This document shows, piece by piece, positions 44,624-54,008 of a DNA stretch of 64,000 bases; position 1 is the stretch's first letter; the number at the start of each line of letters is the position of its first letter. The translations under genes were made by a program, and so were the position numbers. The stretch is from positions 9,991-73,990 of the forward strand of contig JAIXSK010000006.1 of assembly GCA_027484725.1 (NCBI GenBank). The letters run 5' to 3'. Below the pieces are notes generated by a model. The model was not told the origin of the DNA. It saw only the letters and a list, made by a program, of their open reading frames with translations, and ran no database searches. Origin of the DNA: Flavobacterium sp. Lineage in GTDB: Bacteria > Bacteroidota > Bacteroidia > Flavobacteriales > Flavobacteriaceae.

Positions 44624-44671
44624 ACCCAAATTCAACAAGCTCGCTTGATTGAATTTGGGTTTTGTTTTTTT
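44624..44671 (+). terminator. Long hairpin terminator after tRNA-Tyr
   Basis: ACCCAAATTCAACAAGC-tc-GCTTGATTGAATTTGGGT followed by TTTGTTTTTTT. Confidence 0.7.
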
Positions 44672-44702
44672 GTCCAAGGGTTCACCCTTGGGATCATGAA
44701 AT

Positions 44703-44721
44703 AATCCTGCTCTTCCCACAA
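44703..44721 (+). repeat. Exact 19-nt duplicate of the tRNA-Tyr 3' end (att-like direct repeat)
   Basis: AATCCTGCTCTTCCCACAA occurs at 44595-44613 (inside the tRNA) and again at 44703-44721. Confidence 0.9.
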
Positions 44722-44778
44722 GTATTTAAAAACAAAAAACCCACAAGCTCGCTTGATGGGTTTTTTGTTTTTAAATAC
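44722..44778. repeat. Perfect 22-bp-stem hairpin with the same loop as the tRNA terminator
   Basis: GTATTTAAAAACAAAAAACCCA-caagctcgcttga-TGGGTTTTTTGTTTTTAAATAC. Confidence 0.8.
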
Positions 44779-45100
44779 TTGAGTAAAGGTACCCTTTACT
44801 CAGGATCACGCAGTAATCCTGCACACTCCACAAAAGCAACAATCTCTTAGCGGGTTTAAAACACTTGAATAAAGGGTACCCTTTACTCAGGATCACGCAT
44901 TAATCCTGCACACTCCAAAAGCAACAATCTCTTAACGGGTTTAAAACACTTGAATAAAAGGTACCTTTACTCAAGATCACGAAGTAATCCTGCACACTCC
45001 AAAAGCAACAATCTCTTAGCGGGTTTAAAACACTTGAATAAAGGGTACCTTTACTCAGGATCACGCAATAATCCTGCACACTCTAAAAACATTCACTTGA
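44777..45100. repeat. Tandem array, about 3.8 copies of an 84-86-bp unit
   Basis: Units start at 44777, 44863, 44948 and 45032. Each has the palindrome GAGTAAAGGGTACCCTTTACTC and a degenerate tRNA 3'-end-like AATCCTGCACACTCCA(C)AAAAGC. Confidence 0.9.
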
Positions 45101-45165
45101 CAAGTTTGGCTCGCTCATCAATAACTCGTATTTTAGTTTGTACTACTTACTTGAAAAACTCAATC

Positions 45166-46002
45166 ATGAAGAGCGCAATTCTAACCCTGATTTTGATTTG
45201 TTTCATCGCAAATACAAACGGGCAAAACCTCCAAGTCATGACTTATAATATTCGCTATGACAATCCTTTAGACGGCGAAAATAATTGGTCGCATCGAAAA
45301 TATTTTCTTTGCCATCAAATTCAATTTTACGAACCTGATATTTTGGGCATTCAAGAAGCACAACCCAATCAAGTAAGCGACATCAGCCAAAACCTGTTAG
45401 CGTACAAGCAAATCGGACAGGGTCGTGATGGCAACAACCAAGGTGAATCAGCAAATATTTATTATAAAGCCAATCGTTTAAAATTAATTCTATCAAATAC
45501 TTTTTGGCTGTCAGAAACCCCTCAAAAAGTATCTAAAGGTTGGGATGCCGCTTTGAACCGAGTTTGTACTTATGGTTTGTTTGAAGATGTACAAAACAAC
45601 AAGCGGTTTTGGGTTTTCAACACGCATTTGGACCATCAGGGCGAGTTAGCGCGCAACAACGGAATCCAATTAATCCTTAAAACCATTGACCAATTAAATA
45701 CTGCGGAATTGCCCGTTGTTTTTATGGGTGATTTTAATTCTGAGCCTACCACTGATAGAATCATTTCGCTCAGAACATTGATGAACGATACACAATTGGT
45801 GAGTTTACAAAAACCCTTTGGCCCCGTTGGAACATTTAACAACTTCAGACATGACTTGCCAGTAACCACTTTAATTGATTATATTTTTGTCTCTAAAAAA
45901 CCGGCTGTTCAGGTTAATAAATATGCGGTATTGAGTGATGCACGAGACTTAAAATATCCTTCTGACCATTTACCGGTTTGGGTTGAACTCACTTTACCCT
46001 GA
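45166..46002 (+). CDS. Endonuclease/exonuclease/phosphatase (EEP) family protein, secreted
   Basis: The signal peptide starts at MKSAILTLILICF (ATG 45166). The upstream 72 codons of the track ORF read through the repeat array. Motifs: MTYNIRY, GIQEA, FNTHLDH, MGDFNS, SDHLPV. Confidence 0.85.
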   Translation: MKSAILTLILICFIANTNGQNLQVMTYNIRYDNPLDGENNWSHRKYFLCHQIQFYEPDILGIQEAQPNQVSDISQNLLAYKQIGQGRDGNNQGESANIYYKANRLKLILSNTFWLSETPQKVSKGWDAALNRVCTYGLFEDVQNNKRFWVFNTHLDHQGELARNNGIQLILKTIDQLNTAELPVVFMGDFNSEPTTDRIISLRTLMNDTQLVSLQKPFGPVGTFNNFRHDLPVTTLIDYIFVSKKPAVQVNKYAVLSDARDLKYPSDHLPVWVELTLP

Positions 46003-46170
46003 AAAATCAAAACTAAACTATCTTCAAAAATTGCTTATTTGTCAAAAAAATTAACTCAATTAACCTGCAATCACAATAAATTTAAATATCAATTTGAGCA
46101 TCAGTGCGCTGATTTAATTTAAGACTTCAAAGTTGGGTAAGTTGCAATCTACATCAAACAAATGCACATA

Positions 46171-46201
46171 AAAAAACCTCTAAATATTGAACTCTAGAGG
46201 C
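46171..46201 (-). terminator. Rho-independent terminator (minus strand) after the SIMPL gene
   Basis: The minus strand reads GCCTCTAGAG-ttcaatattt-AGAGG followed by TTTTTT. Confidence 0.6.
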
Positions 46202-46224
46202 TTTATATATGAATTCTTCTAAGG

Positions 46225-46917
46225 TTATTCTAAGGCAAAACCAACCGAAACATTCACCACAATTTCAATTTCGCCAGCGGCTAAAGTCTCACGCGGAGCA
46301 GCGGCGCCATCGGCCATAGCCATGGTTTTCATTTCATACATTGGGCGCGGCGGGTAATAGGTTTGTGAATTATCTGATATAGTCAATGCTTTGCCCACTT
46401 TTTGGTTGAGCACCGATACAAAATCTTCGGCTTTGGTTTTGGCATCGCGCATCGCTAATTTTCGGGCATCAGATTGCAACATGCTCATTTTAGATGACCT
46501 AAATTCTACATTGTCAATTCGGTTGATGCCTACCTCTGTCAAACCATCCATCAAGGCATCGTATTTATTCAAATCTTTTAAAAGAACGGTGATGGTTTGA
46601 TTGGCGATATAATAATTTTTCTTTTTATCGTAATCATAAGTCGGATACAACGAAACGCGCTGGGTTTGATAATCTTCTTTGGCCAAATTAAATTTCTTGA
46701 GGTATTTAATGACTGCATCAATTTTGGTATCATTTTCATTTTTGACTTCAGAGGCTTTGTTGCCTTTGGTTTCAACAGCTATTGAGATAGAAGCCTGGTC
46801 GGGAATTACCTTTACTTTTCCTTCGCCTGATACATTGATCATTGGAACTTGTTTGATTTCTTGTGCCTGAACAAAAGCAGTGCATAAGGCGAATAATAAA
46901 ATGATGTTCTTTTTCAT
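46225..46917 (-). CDS. SIMPL (DUF541) domain-containing periplasmic protein
   Basis: Signal peptide; INVSGEGKVKVIPDQASISIAVE start and ...AGEIEIVVNVSVGFAL end, typical of SIMPL/YggE-like proteins. Confidence 0.82.
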   Translation of the reverse strand: MKKNIILLFALCTAFVQAQEIKQVPMINVSGEGKVKVIPDQASISIAVETKGNKASEVKNENDTKIDAVIKYLKKFNLAKEDYQTQRVSLYPTYDYDKKKNYYIANQTITVLLKDLNKYDALMDGLTEVGINRIDNVEFRSSKMSMLQSDARKLAMRDAKTKAEDFVSVLNQKVGKALTISDNSQTYYPPRPMYEMKTMAMADGAAAPRETLAAGEIEIVVNVSVGFALE

Positions 46918-46966
46918 AATGAAGATATTTAAAATTTTGTGTGCGGGGTTACCAAATCTTGTGCCA

Positions 46967-47608
46967 TTAGATTTTTCCTGATTTAGCCATAAAAAACAGA
47001 ATTACAATAGGAAGCAGCAATAATCCAACCATCAAAGGCTCCTGACTGAGCAATTCGGGTAGCTTGATCAGGGTAATCAAAAAACCGCCCACTGCACCGC
47101 CAAAATGTGCGGTATGGCCAATGTTGTCATTTTTGGCTTTCATTCCGTAAATGGAATACAGTAAATAACCAATACCAAACAAATACGCCGGAATAGGAAT
47201 CGGGATAAAGAATAAATACAAACTCATACTGGGTTCAAGCAAAATAGCCGAATACAAAACACCGGTAACAGCCCCTGAAGCACCCACGGCTCTGTAGTGA
47301 TAGTTATTTTTGTGCATCATAAGCGTGAGCAAACTACCAAAAACAAGACTTCCGAAATAAATGAGTAAAAAAGACAGTGAATTTAAATATCCGGTAACCA
47401 CCGGAGCAAACATATAGAGCGTGAACATATTGAAGAACAAATGCCCTAAATCGGCATGCAAAAAAGCTGAACTAATCATTCTAATGTGTTCTCCGGCGCG
47501 TATACTGCCAATGTGGAACTCGTATTTTCTGAAAAAAGATGCGTCGTTGAAAGCTTTAAAACTAATCAATACATTGACTAAGATGAGCAAAATAAGCAGA
47601 TTGTTCAT
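46967..47608 (-). CDS. Rhomboid family intramembrane serine protease
   Basis: Motifs FLHADLGHLFFNM, GASGAV (catalytic Ser) and HFGGAVGG (catalytic His). Six TM helices. Confidence 0.9.
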   Translation of the reverse strand: MNNLLILLILVNVLISFKAFNDASFFRKYEFHIGSIRAGEHIRMISSAFLHADLGHLFFNMFTLYMFAPVVTGYLNSLSFLLIYFGSLVFGSLLTLMMHKNNYHYRAVGASGAVTGVLYSAILLEPSMSLYLFFIPIPIPAYLFGIGYLLYSIYGMKAKNDNIGHTAHFGGAVGGFLITLIKLPELLSQEPLMVGLLLLPIVILFFMAKSGKI

Positions 47609-47711
47609 GAACTATTTTTATTTGTGTAAAAATAACAAAATGTTGTGTAGCTTTTGTTAAAATGTCGGTTTCAAGTCAAGCCGTTGGTTTATATTTGCAA
47701 AAAAAATCTCA

Positions 47712-48584
47712 ATGCAGCTTATTGCGTACTTAATAGCCTATCCGATTCTTTGGCTGATTTCTATTTTACCGTTTAGCCTGCTTTACGGTTTGTCTGACGG
47801 AGTATACATTTTAGTATATTATGTTATTGGTTACCGAAAAAAAACAGTACGACAAAATTTAGCGCTGGCTTTACCCCATTTGAGCGAACAAGAGCGATTA
47901 AAGATTGAGAAAAAATCATTTCGCCATTTATGTGATATGTTTTTAGAGATGATCAAAACCATGAACATCTCGCAAAAAGAAATTGAAAAGCGTTTTGTAT
48001 TTACCAATCTTGAAGATTACAAAGCTTTTGAACAAAAAGAAAAAAGCATCGCTATGATGTGTGCTCATTACGGCAGTTATGAATGGGCTATTTCTATCAA
48101 TCACCATATTTCATTTGAAGGATTTGCGATATACAAACGCATCCGCAACAAACATTTTGACAACTTGGTCAAGAAAATCCGTTCGCGTTTTAAAGCCCAT
48201 TTAATCACCACCAAAGAAACCATCCCCACCATCAAAGAATGTGCGCGCAGTGGTAAATTGGGCATTTTTGGTTTTGCTTCTGACCAAACACCCAAATTGA
48301 GCTCAGCTTTTCACTGGAAGAAGTTCATGGGCGTTGAAGTTCCGGTACATACCGGCGCTGAAATGCTTTCAAAAAAACACGACATGAACATCATTTTTTT
48401 GAAAGTAAAAAAAGTAAGTCGCGGACATTATCAAGCCCGTTTTGAAAAATTTTACGAAAATCCGCAACAATATCCTGATTACACCATTACCGATGATTTC
48501 ATGGAAATGGTTGAATCACAAATATACGAAGCGCCCGAATTTTACTTCTGGATCCACAAGCGCTGGAAACACAAAAGAAACTAA
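47712..48584 (+). CDS. Lipid A biosynthesis (Kdo)2-lipid IVA acyltransferase family protein (HtrB/LpxL-like)
   Basis: N-terminal TM helix, HX4E motif (AHYGSYEW) and a length of about 290 aa. Confidence 0.8.
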   Translation: MQLIAYLIAYPILWLISILPFSLLYGLSDGVYILVYYVIGYRKKTVRQNLALALPHLSEQERLKIEKKSFRHLCDMFLEMIKTMNISQKEIEKRFVFTNLEDYKAFEQKEKSIAMMCAHYGSYEWAISINHHISFEGFAIYKRIRNKHFDNLVKKIRSRFKAHLITTKETIPTIKECARSGKLGIFGFASDQTPKLSSAFHWKKFMGVEVPVHTGAEMLSKKHDMNIIFLKVKKVSRGHYQARFEKFYENPQQYPDYTITDDFMEMVESQIYEAPEFYFWIHKRWKHKRN

Positions 48585-48585
48585 T

Positions 48586-50133
48586 TTAGAGTCTGAACCA
48601 ATCGTTGAGTAATGCTTGCTGTAGTTGCGGCGCATTTTTGTGCGTAAACTCATTGGTTGATGCGTCATACACATAATCTACTGCCCACTCCTGATGGTGT
48701 ACAGCGAGCTTCTTAATGCTGTCACATACATATTGAATCTCAGCATTGGTGGTGGTGGGATGCATCGAGAGTCTAATCCAACCCGGTTTTTCTATCAAGT
48801 TCCCGGAATCAATCAAACAAGTGAGTTTGTGTGAGGTGTCTTGATCTACATTCAGCAAGTAATGCCCGTAGGTTCCGGCACAACTACAGCCACCGCGCGT
48901 TTGAATGCCAAAACGATCATTGAGTAATTTTACGCCCAGATTAAAATGTAAATCGCGGATGTAAAATGATATTACACCCAAACGATCACGGTGTTTGGCC
49001 GCCAAAATATGAATGTTCTCAATTGGAGCCAATGCATCAAAAACATAATGAACCAGTTCGTGTTCGCGCTCTAGAATTTTTTCAACGTTCATTTGTTCTT
49101 TGAGCTGAATGGCCAAAGCAGTTTTGATGGCTTGCAAAAATCCGGGAGTTCCACCGTCTTCACGGTCTTCAATATTCTCTACGTATTTGTGTTCGCCCCA
49201 CGGATTGGTCCAGGCTACGGTTCCGCCTCCGGGATGATCAGGCACTCCATTTCTGTAAAGCTTTTTATTAAAGACCAAAACACCACTGGTGCCTGGTCCG
49301 CCTAAAAATTTATGCGGCGAAAAGAAAATCGCATCCAGCGCACAAGCTTCGTCTTTCGGATGCATATCAATGTGCACATACGGGCCTGAGCAAGCAAAAT
49401 CTACAAAGCAATAACCGTTGTGCTCGTGCATGAGCCGGGCGATTTCGTGGTACGGAGTTTTGATGCCGGTCACATTGGAGCAAGATGTAATTGAAGCAAT
49501 TTTTACAGAGCGATCACTGTATTTTGCAACGTAATGAGCAAAAGTATCAAGACAAAGCAAACCGTCTTCTGAAGCCGGAACAATCACAACTTCAGCAATG
49601 GTTTCCAGCCATGAAGTTTGGTTGGAATGGTGTTCCATATGCGATACAAAAACCACCGGACAATCAGATAAATCCATCTGGGTGCGCGACTTAAGCGACT
49701 CAGGTATTTTGAGCCCCAAAATGCGTTGAAACTTATTGACTACGCCCGTCATACCTGAACCATCGGTAATGAGGACATCGTCAGCCGAAGCATTGACGTG
49801 TTTTTTGATGATTTCTTTGGCCTGATGATATGCCAGAGTCATCATGGTTCCGGTAATGGTGGTCTCGGTATGTGTGTTGGCCACAAACTGACCAAAATCA
49901 TTGGTGAGTTTTTCTTCAATCGGGCGATACAATCTGCCGCTGGCCGTCCAATCAGTATAAATGATTTTTTGGGTTCCGAAAGGCGATTCAAAGGTTTGGT
50001 CAATACCAATAATATGGCGGCGAAAAGGCAAAAAGTACTTTTCAAGTTCGGTAGACAAAACACCTGACATGGTCTCGCTCATGATATAGAAATTTGCTGC
50101 CAAAGATACGTGATTTTGTTTTTTTGATTCCAT
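48586..50133 (-). CDS. Aminotransferase class V-fold PLP-dependent enzyme (cysteine desulfurase/selenocysteine lyase-like)
   Basis: PLP-lysine region FFSPHKFLGGPGTSG. ATG at 50133 (MESKKQN) is chosen because the longer ORF would include the glmM terminator hairpin at 50171-50200. Confidence 0.82.
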   Translation of the reverse strand: MESKKQNHVSLAANFYIMSETMSGVLSTELEKYFLPFRRHIIGIDQTFESPFGTQKIIYTDWTASGRLYRPIEEKLTNDFGQFVANTHTETTITGTMMTLAYHQAKEIIKKHVNASADDVLITDGSGMTGVVNKFQRILGLKIPESLKSRTQMDLSDCPVVFVSHMEHHSNQTSWLETIAEVVIVPASEDGLLCLDTFAHYVAKYSDRSVKIASITSCSNVTGIKTPYHEIARLMHEHNGYCFVDFACSGPYVHIDMHPKDEACALDAIFFSPHKFLGGPGTSGVLVFNKKLYRNGVPDHPGGGTVAWTNPWGEHKYVENIEDREDGGTPGFLQAIKTALAIQLKEQMNVEKILEREHELVHYVFDALAPIENIHILAAKHRDRLGVISFYIRDLHFNLGVKLLNDRFGIQTRGGCSCAGTYGHYLLNVDQDTSHKLTCLIDSGNLIEKPGWIRLSMHPTTTNAEIQYVCDSIKKLAVHHQEWAVDYVYDASTNEFTHKNAPQLQQALLNDWFRL

Positions 50134-50170
50134 CGAAATCGTTTGAAATTTGCTAACAAAATTCAGCTTA

Positions 50171-50200
50171 TAAAATAAAAACCCGGCACAGAACCGGGTT
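50171..50200 (-). terminator. Rho-independent terminator (minus strand) after glmM
   Basis: The minus strand reads AACCCGG-ttctgtg-CCGGGTT followed by TTTATTTTA. Confidence 0.7.
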
Positions 50201-50226
50201 TGATTATACAATGAGTTAAGTCGCCG

Positions 50227-51615
50227 TTAAATTCCGGCAACCGCTTTGATTTCATCAATAATACGCAATGCCAAAGCATCGGCAGCCGCTTGGTTGGGCG
50301 CCTCAGTATATATGCGAATAATGGGTTCCGTATTGGATTTGCGCAAATGCACCCATTCTGAAGCAAAGTCGATTTTTACCCCGTCAATGGTAGATATCTC
50401 TTCGTGCTGATATTTTTCGGTCATCGCTTTTAAAATTGCATCCACATCAATCTCAGGAGTGAGTTCTATTTTGTTCTTGCTCATAAAATACTGCGGATAA
50501 CTCGCGCGCAATTCTGCCACCGTTTGGTTCATTCCGGCCAAATGTGTCAAGAACAAAGCCACGCCAACCAAACTGTCACGCCCATAATGCAATTCAGGAT
50601 AAATAATACCGCCGTTGCCTTCGCCTCCAATGATGGCGTTGGTTTTCTTCATGAGTTCAACCACATTGACCTCGCCTACTGCGCTGGCTTGGTAGCTTCC
50701 GTGGTGTTTTTGAGTAATGTCGCGCAAAGCTCTAGACGACGACATGTTGGATACCGTATTGCCCGGGGTTTTGCTGAGTACATAATCGGCCACGGCTACC
50801 AAAGTATATTCTTCACCAAACATTGCTCCGTCGTTTGAAATAAAGGCCAACCGATCTACATCCGGATCTACTACAATTCCAAAATCAGCTTTTTCTTGAA
50901 CCACCAAAGCACAAATATCGCCCAAGTGTTCTTTTAAAGGCTCGGGATTGTGCGGAAAATGTCCGTTGGGTTCGCAATACAATTTAACCACTTCAACACC
51001 CATTTGTTCCAACAAATTAGGAATAATGATTCCGCCAGATGAGTTCACACCATCTACCACCACTTTAAATTTTCGCTTTTTGACAGCTTCAACATCTACC
51101 AAGGGTAAGTTTAAAACTTCATCAATGTGAATATCCATATAAGCGTCATGGGTATGTACGGTTCCTAGATGGTCAACTTCTGAGAAATCAAAAGCTTCGG
51201 CCTCAGCAATGGCTAAGATTTCGGCTCCGTCGGCTCCGCTTAAAAACTCTCCTTTTTCATTGAGCAATTTAAGGGCATTCCACTGTTTCGGATTGTGTGA
51301 AGCGGTCAAAATAATTCCGCCGTCGGCTTTTTCAAGTGGTACGGCTACTTCAACGGTAGGAGTTGTAGACAAACCTAAATCAACCACATCAATGCCCAAT
51401 CCAATTAATGTATTTACCACCAAATTGTGAATCATCGGGCCTGAAATTCGCGCATCGCGACCGATTACAACATTGAGTTTTGCCTTGTTGTGGTGCTTTT
51501 TGAGCCAAGTACCATAGGCAGAGGCAAACTTAACCGCATCAACCGGAGTGAGGTTATCGCCTACCTTTCCGCCAATGGTTCCGCGGATGCCTGAAATAGA
51601 TTTTATAAGTGTCAT
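50227..51615 (-). CDS. glmM: Phosphoglucosamine mutase
   Basis: SGIRGTIGG start, phosphoserine loop TASHNP, metal loop GIVVDPDVDR, sugar loop GGEGNGG. Length is 462 aa, as in Bacteroidota GlmM. Confidence 0.9.
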   Translation of the reverse strand: MTLIKSISGIRGTIGGKVGDNLTPVDAVKFASAYGTWLKKHHNKAKLNVVIGRDARISGPMIHNLVVNTLIGLGIDVVDLGLSTTPTVEVAVPLEKADGGIILTASHNPKQWNALKLLNEKGEFLSGADGAEILAIAEAEAFDFSEVDHLGTVHTHDAYMDIHIDEVLNLPLVDVEAVKKRKFKVVVDGVNSSGGIIIPNLLEQMGVEVVKLYCEPNGHFPHNPEPLKEHLGDICALVVQEKADFGIVVDPDVDRLAFISNDGAMFGEEYTLVAVADYVLSKTPGNTVSNMSSSRALRDITQKHHGSYQASAVGEVNVVELMKKTNAIIGGEGNGGIIYPELHYGRDSLVGVALFLTHLAGMNQTVAELRASYPQYFMSKNKIELTPEIDVDAILKAMTEKYQHEEISTIDGVKIDFASEWVHLRKSNTEPIIRIYTEAPNQAAADALALRIIDEIKAVAGI

Positions 51616-51717
51616 ACGCTATTTTAATTTTATTAAACGCTGAGCAAATATAATCAGCCCAAATGAAATGAGCCCTGAAAATCGATGTGTGTCTTATAAA
51701 ATCGCTAAATTGTGCCT

Positions 51718-52302
51718 ATGAACTTTTTAGCACATATTTATTTATCGGGCAATGATGAACTCATGAAGATTGGCAATTTTATGGCCGACGGCATCCGAGG
51801 AAGTCACTTAGAATCATGGCCAGAAGGCGTTGTCAAAGGCGTTCGGCTTCACCGCGCGATTGATACCTATACCGATGCGCATCCGGTATTTAGACAAAGT
51901 ACCAAGCGTTTGCATGCGCGATATCATCATTATGCGGGTGTAATTGTAGATTTAATTTACGATCATTTTTTAGCCAAAAATTGGTCTGTATACAGCCCAG
52001 AACCTTTAGAAAAATTTGTTCAGAGATTTTATGATTCGCTGGAAAACAACCGCGATTTATTGACTGAAAAAACGATTGGCCTTTTGCCGTATATGTTGCA
52101 GTATAATTGGCTTGTGAGCTACCGAAGCATGGAAGGTTTGGGTAGAATTCTACACCAAATGGATTACCGAACCCAACAGCGCTCAGGGATGCGCCATGCC
52201 ATAGAAGAGCTCGAAAAATTTTACGATGAATTTGAACAAGAATTCACTTTGTTTTTTGCTGATCTCAGAACGTACGTCCAACAAAAAAGCACCGAGTTAT
52301 GA
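51718..52302 (+). CDS. acpH: Acyl carrier protein phosphodiesterase
   Basis: The MNFLAHIYLSG...GNFMADGIRG N-terminus is characteristic of AcpH. ATG 51718 is preferred over GTG 51712. Confidence 0.82.
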   Translation: MNFLAHIYLSGNDELMKIGNFMADGIRGSHLESWPEGVVKGVRLHRAIDTYTDAHPVFRQSTKRLHARYHHYAGVIVDLIYDHFLAKNWSVYSPEPLEKFVQRFYDSLENNRDLLTEKTIGLLPYMLQYNWLVSYRSMEGLGRILHQMDYRTQQRSGMRHAIEELEKFYDEFEQEFTLFFADLRTYVQQKSTEL

Positions 52303-53969
52303 AGCGATTTTTAGGTTGGCTCATGTTGGGTTTTGCTGCGGTTTCATTTGCGCAAAAAGGCATTACAACCCAACATGCAATGGTGGTTTCGGCCCGAATA
52401 GAAGCCTCAGAAATTGGTGCCGAAATCATGAAAAAAGGCGGCAATGCGTTTGACGCCATGATTGCCACCGAACTGGCTTTGGCAGTGGCTTATCCGTATG
52501 CCGGAAACATAGCCGGCGGTGGTTTTATGGTGTACCGAAAAGCCGACGGAACCACCGGAGCATTAGACTACCGCGAAAAAGCACCGGCAGCCGCACAGCG
52601 GAATATGTATTTAGATTCCCTAGGAAACCCCATCGATCAACTCAGTACACAGGGTGCTCGGTCAGTGGGGATTCCGGGCACTATAGCCGGAATTTTTGCA
52701 GTGCACCAAAAATTTGGAAGTCTGCCCATAAAAACCTTGATGGCACCGGCAATTGCGCTGGCTAAAAACGGTGTAGTCATCACCGAAAAACAAATGCAAC
52801 AAATAAGTAAAAACCAAAATGAAATCATTCAAGTCAGCGGACCAAAAACCCTGTATGCAAATAATTTTCATGTTGGCGATGTCATCAAATATCCTGCGTT
52901 AGCAAAAACCCTTGAACGCATCAGCAAGCAGGGTAAAGAAGAATTTTACCAAGGGGAAACGGCGCAAAAGTTAGTGTCATTTTTACAACAAAAAGGCGGC
53001 ATCATCACAATAGATGATTTAAAAAATTACCAAGCAGTTTGGCGCAAACCGCACAGTTTTCAATTCAAAAATTTGCGCATTATATCTATGTCGCCACCCT
53101 CAAGTGGGGGCATTACCCTGAACCAAATCATGAAAATGATTGCCCCTTACCCACTCAAAAAATACGGTCACAACCAAGCAAACTATGTACAATTACTCAC
53201 CGAAGCAGAACGCCGCGCTTATGCCGACAGAAACTTTTTTTTGGGCGACCCTGATTTTGTTAAAATTCCAACAAATCAATTAATTGATCCGAATTATTTA
53301 AAACAGCGCATGAGTGATTTTTCATTCAGACAAGCCAGTACCTCAACGGCAGTAGGGCACGGAAACATACAAATTTCTGAAAGCAACGAAACCACCCACT
53401 ACTCTATTGTAGATGCCCAAGGAAACGCAGTATCGGTCACCACCACCCTCAACGGCGCTTATGGTTCAAAGTTGTATTGTGATGAATTGGGTTTTTTCTT
53501 GAACAATCAAATGGACGATTTTAGCCTGAAACCCGGCACGCCCAACAGCTACGGACTTGTGGGTGCCGAAGCCAACAGCATTGCGCCCAACAAACGCATG
53601 CTGAGCTCAATGACGCCTACCATTGTTGAAAAAAACGGAAAACTCGAAATGGTTTTGGGTTCGCCGGGTGGTTCAACCATCATCACCTCAGTGTTGCAAA
53701 CCATTCTCAATACCGAAATTTTTGAAATGAACATGCAACAAGCGGTAGATGCGCCCAGATTTCACCACCAGTGGTTGCCCGATGAAGTGGTGTTTGAACC
53801 CGACAGTTTTGACGCGCAAACCCTTAAAACCCTGCAAGAGCGCGGCTATAAAACCCTACAAAAAGAAATGCCTGTAATTGGCAAAGTAGATGCAATTCGT
53901 TGCCAACCCAATGGCCAGTTAGAAGCCGGTGCTGATAAACGCGGTGACGATGCAGCAGCCGGTTTTTAA
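52299..53969 (+). CDS. ggt: Gamma-glutamyltransferase
   Basis: Signal peptide, autoprocessing/nucleophile Thr in NETTHYSIVD, and GSPGGSTII. A 4-nt overlap with acpH (ATGA). Confidence 0.93.
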   Translation: MKRFLGWLMLGFAAVSFAQKGITTQHAMVVSARIEASEIGAEIMKKGGNAFDAMIATELALAVAYPYAGNIAGGGFMVYRKADGTTGALDYREKAPAAAQRNMYLDSLGNPIDQLSTQGARSVGIPGTIAGIFAVHQKFGSLPIKTLMAPAIALAKNGVVITEKQMQQISKNQNEIIQVSGPKTLYANNFHVGDVIKYPALAKTLERISKQGKEEFYQGETAQKLVSFLQQKGGIITIDDLKNYQAVWRKPHSFQFKNLRIISMSPPSSGGITLNQIMKMIAPYPLKKYGHNQANYVQLLTEAERRAYADRNFFLGDPDFVKIPTNQLIDPNYLKQRMSDFSFRQASTSTAVGHGNIQISESNETTHYSIVDAQGNAVSVTTTLNGAYGSKLYCDELGFFLNNQMDDFSLKPGTPNSYGLVGAEANSIAPNKRMLSSMTPTIVEKNGKLEMVLGSPGGSTIITSVLQTILNTEIFEMNMQQAVDAPRFHHQWLPDEVVFEPDSFDAQTLKTLQERGYKTLQKEMPVIGKVDAIRCQPNGQLEAGADKRGDDAAAGF

Positions 53970-54008
53970 ACTATTTGTACTATCTTTGTCGATTATTTTC
54001 TAAAAATA

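Noticed and set aside
44777-45100. The 85-bp tandem array was considered as a CRISPR array or as tandem class-II tRNA pseudogenes, because the unit length is close to that of a tRNA with a long variable arm.
   Set aside because: The units are contiguous with no unique spacers, and no cas genes are present. The units lack a 5' acceptor strand complementary to ACACTCC, the putative T loop would be 11 nt, and the GGTACC palindrome has no loop, so no cloverleaf can be drawn.
44483-45165. Track ORFs 44483..44704 and 44662..44850, and the first 72 codons of 44950..46002.
   Set aside because: They read through the tRNA-Tyr gene, its terminator hairpins and the tandem repeats (giving the repetitive YSGSRSNPAHS peptide). 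The real EEP gene starts at its signal peptide, ATG 45166.
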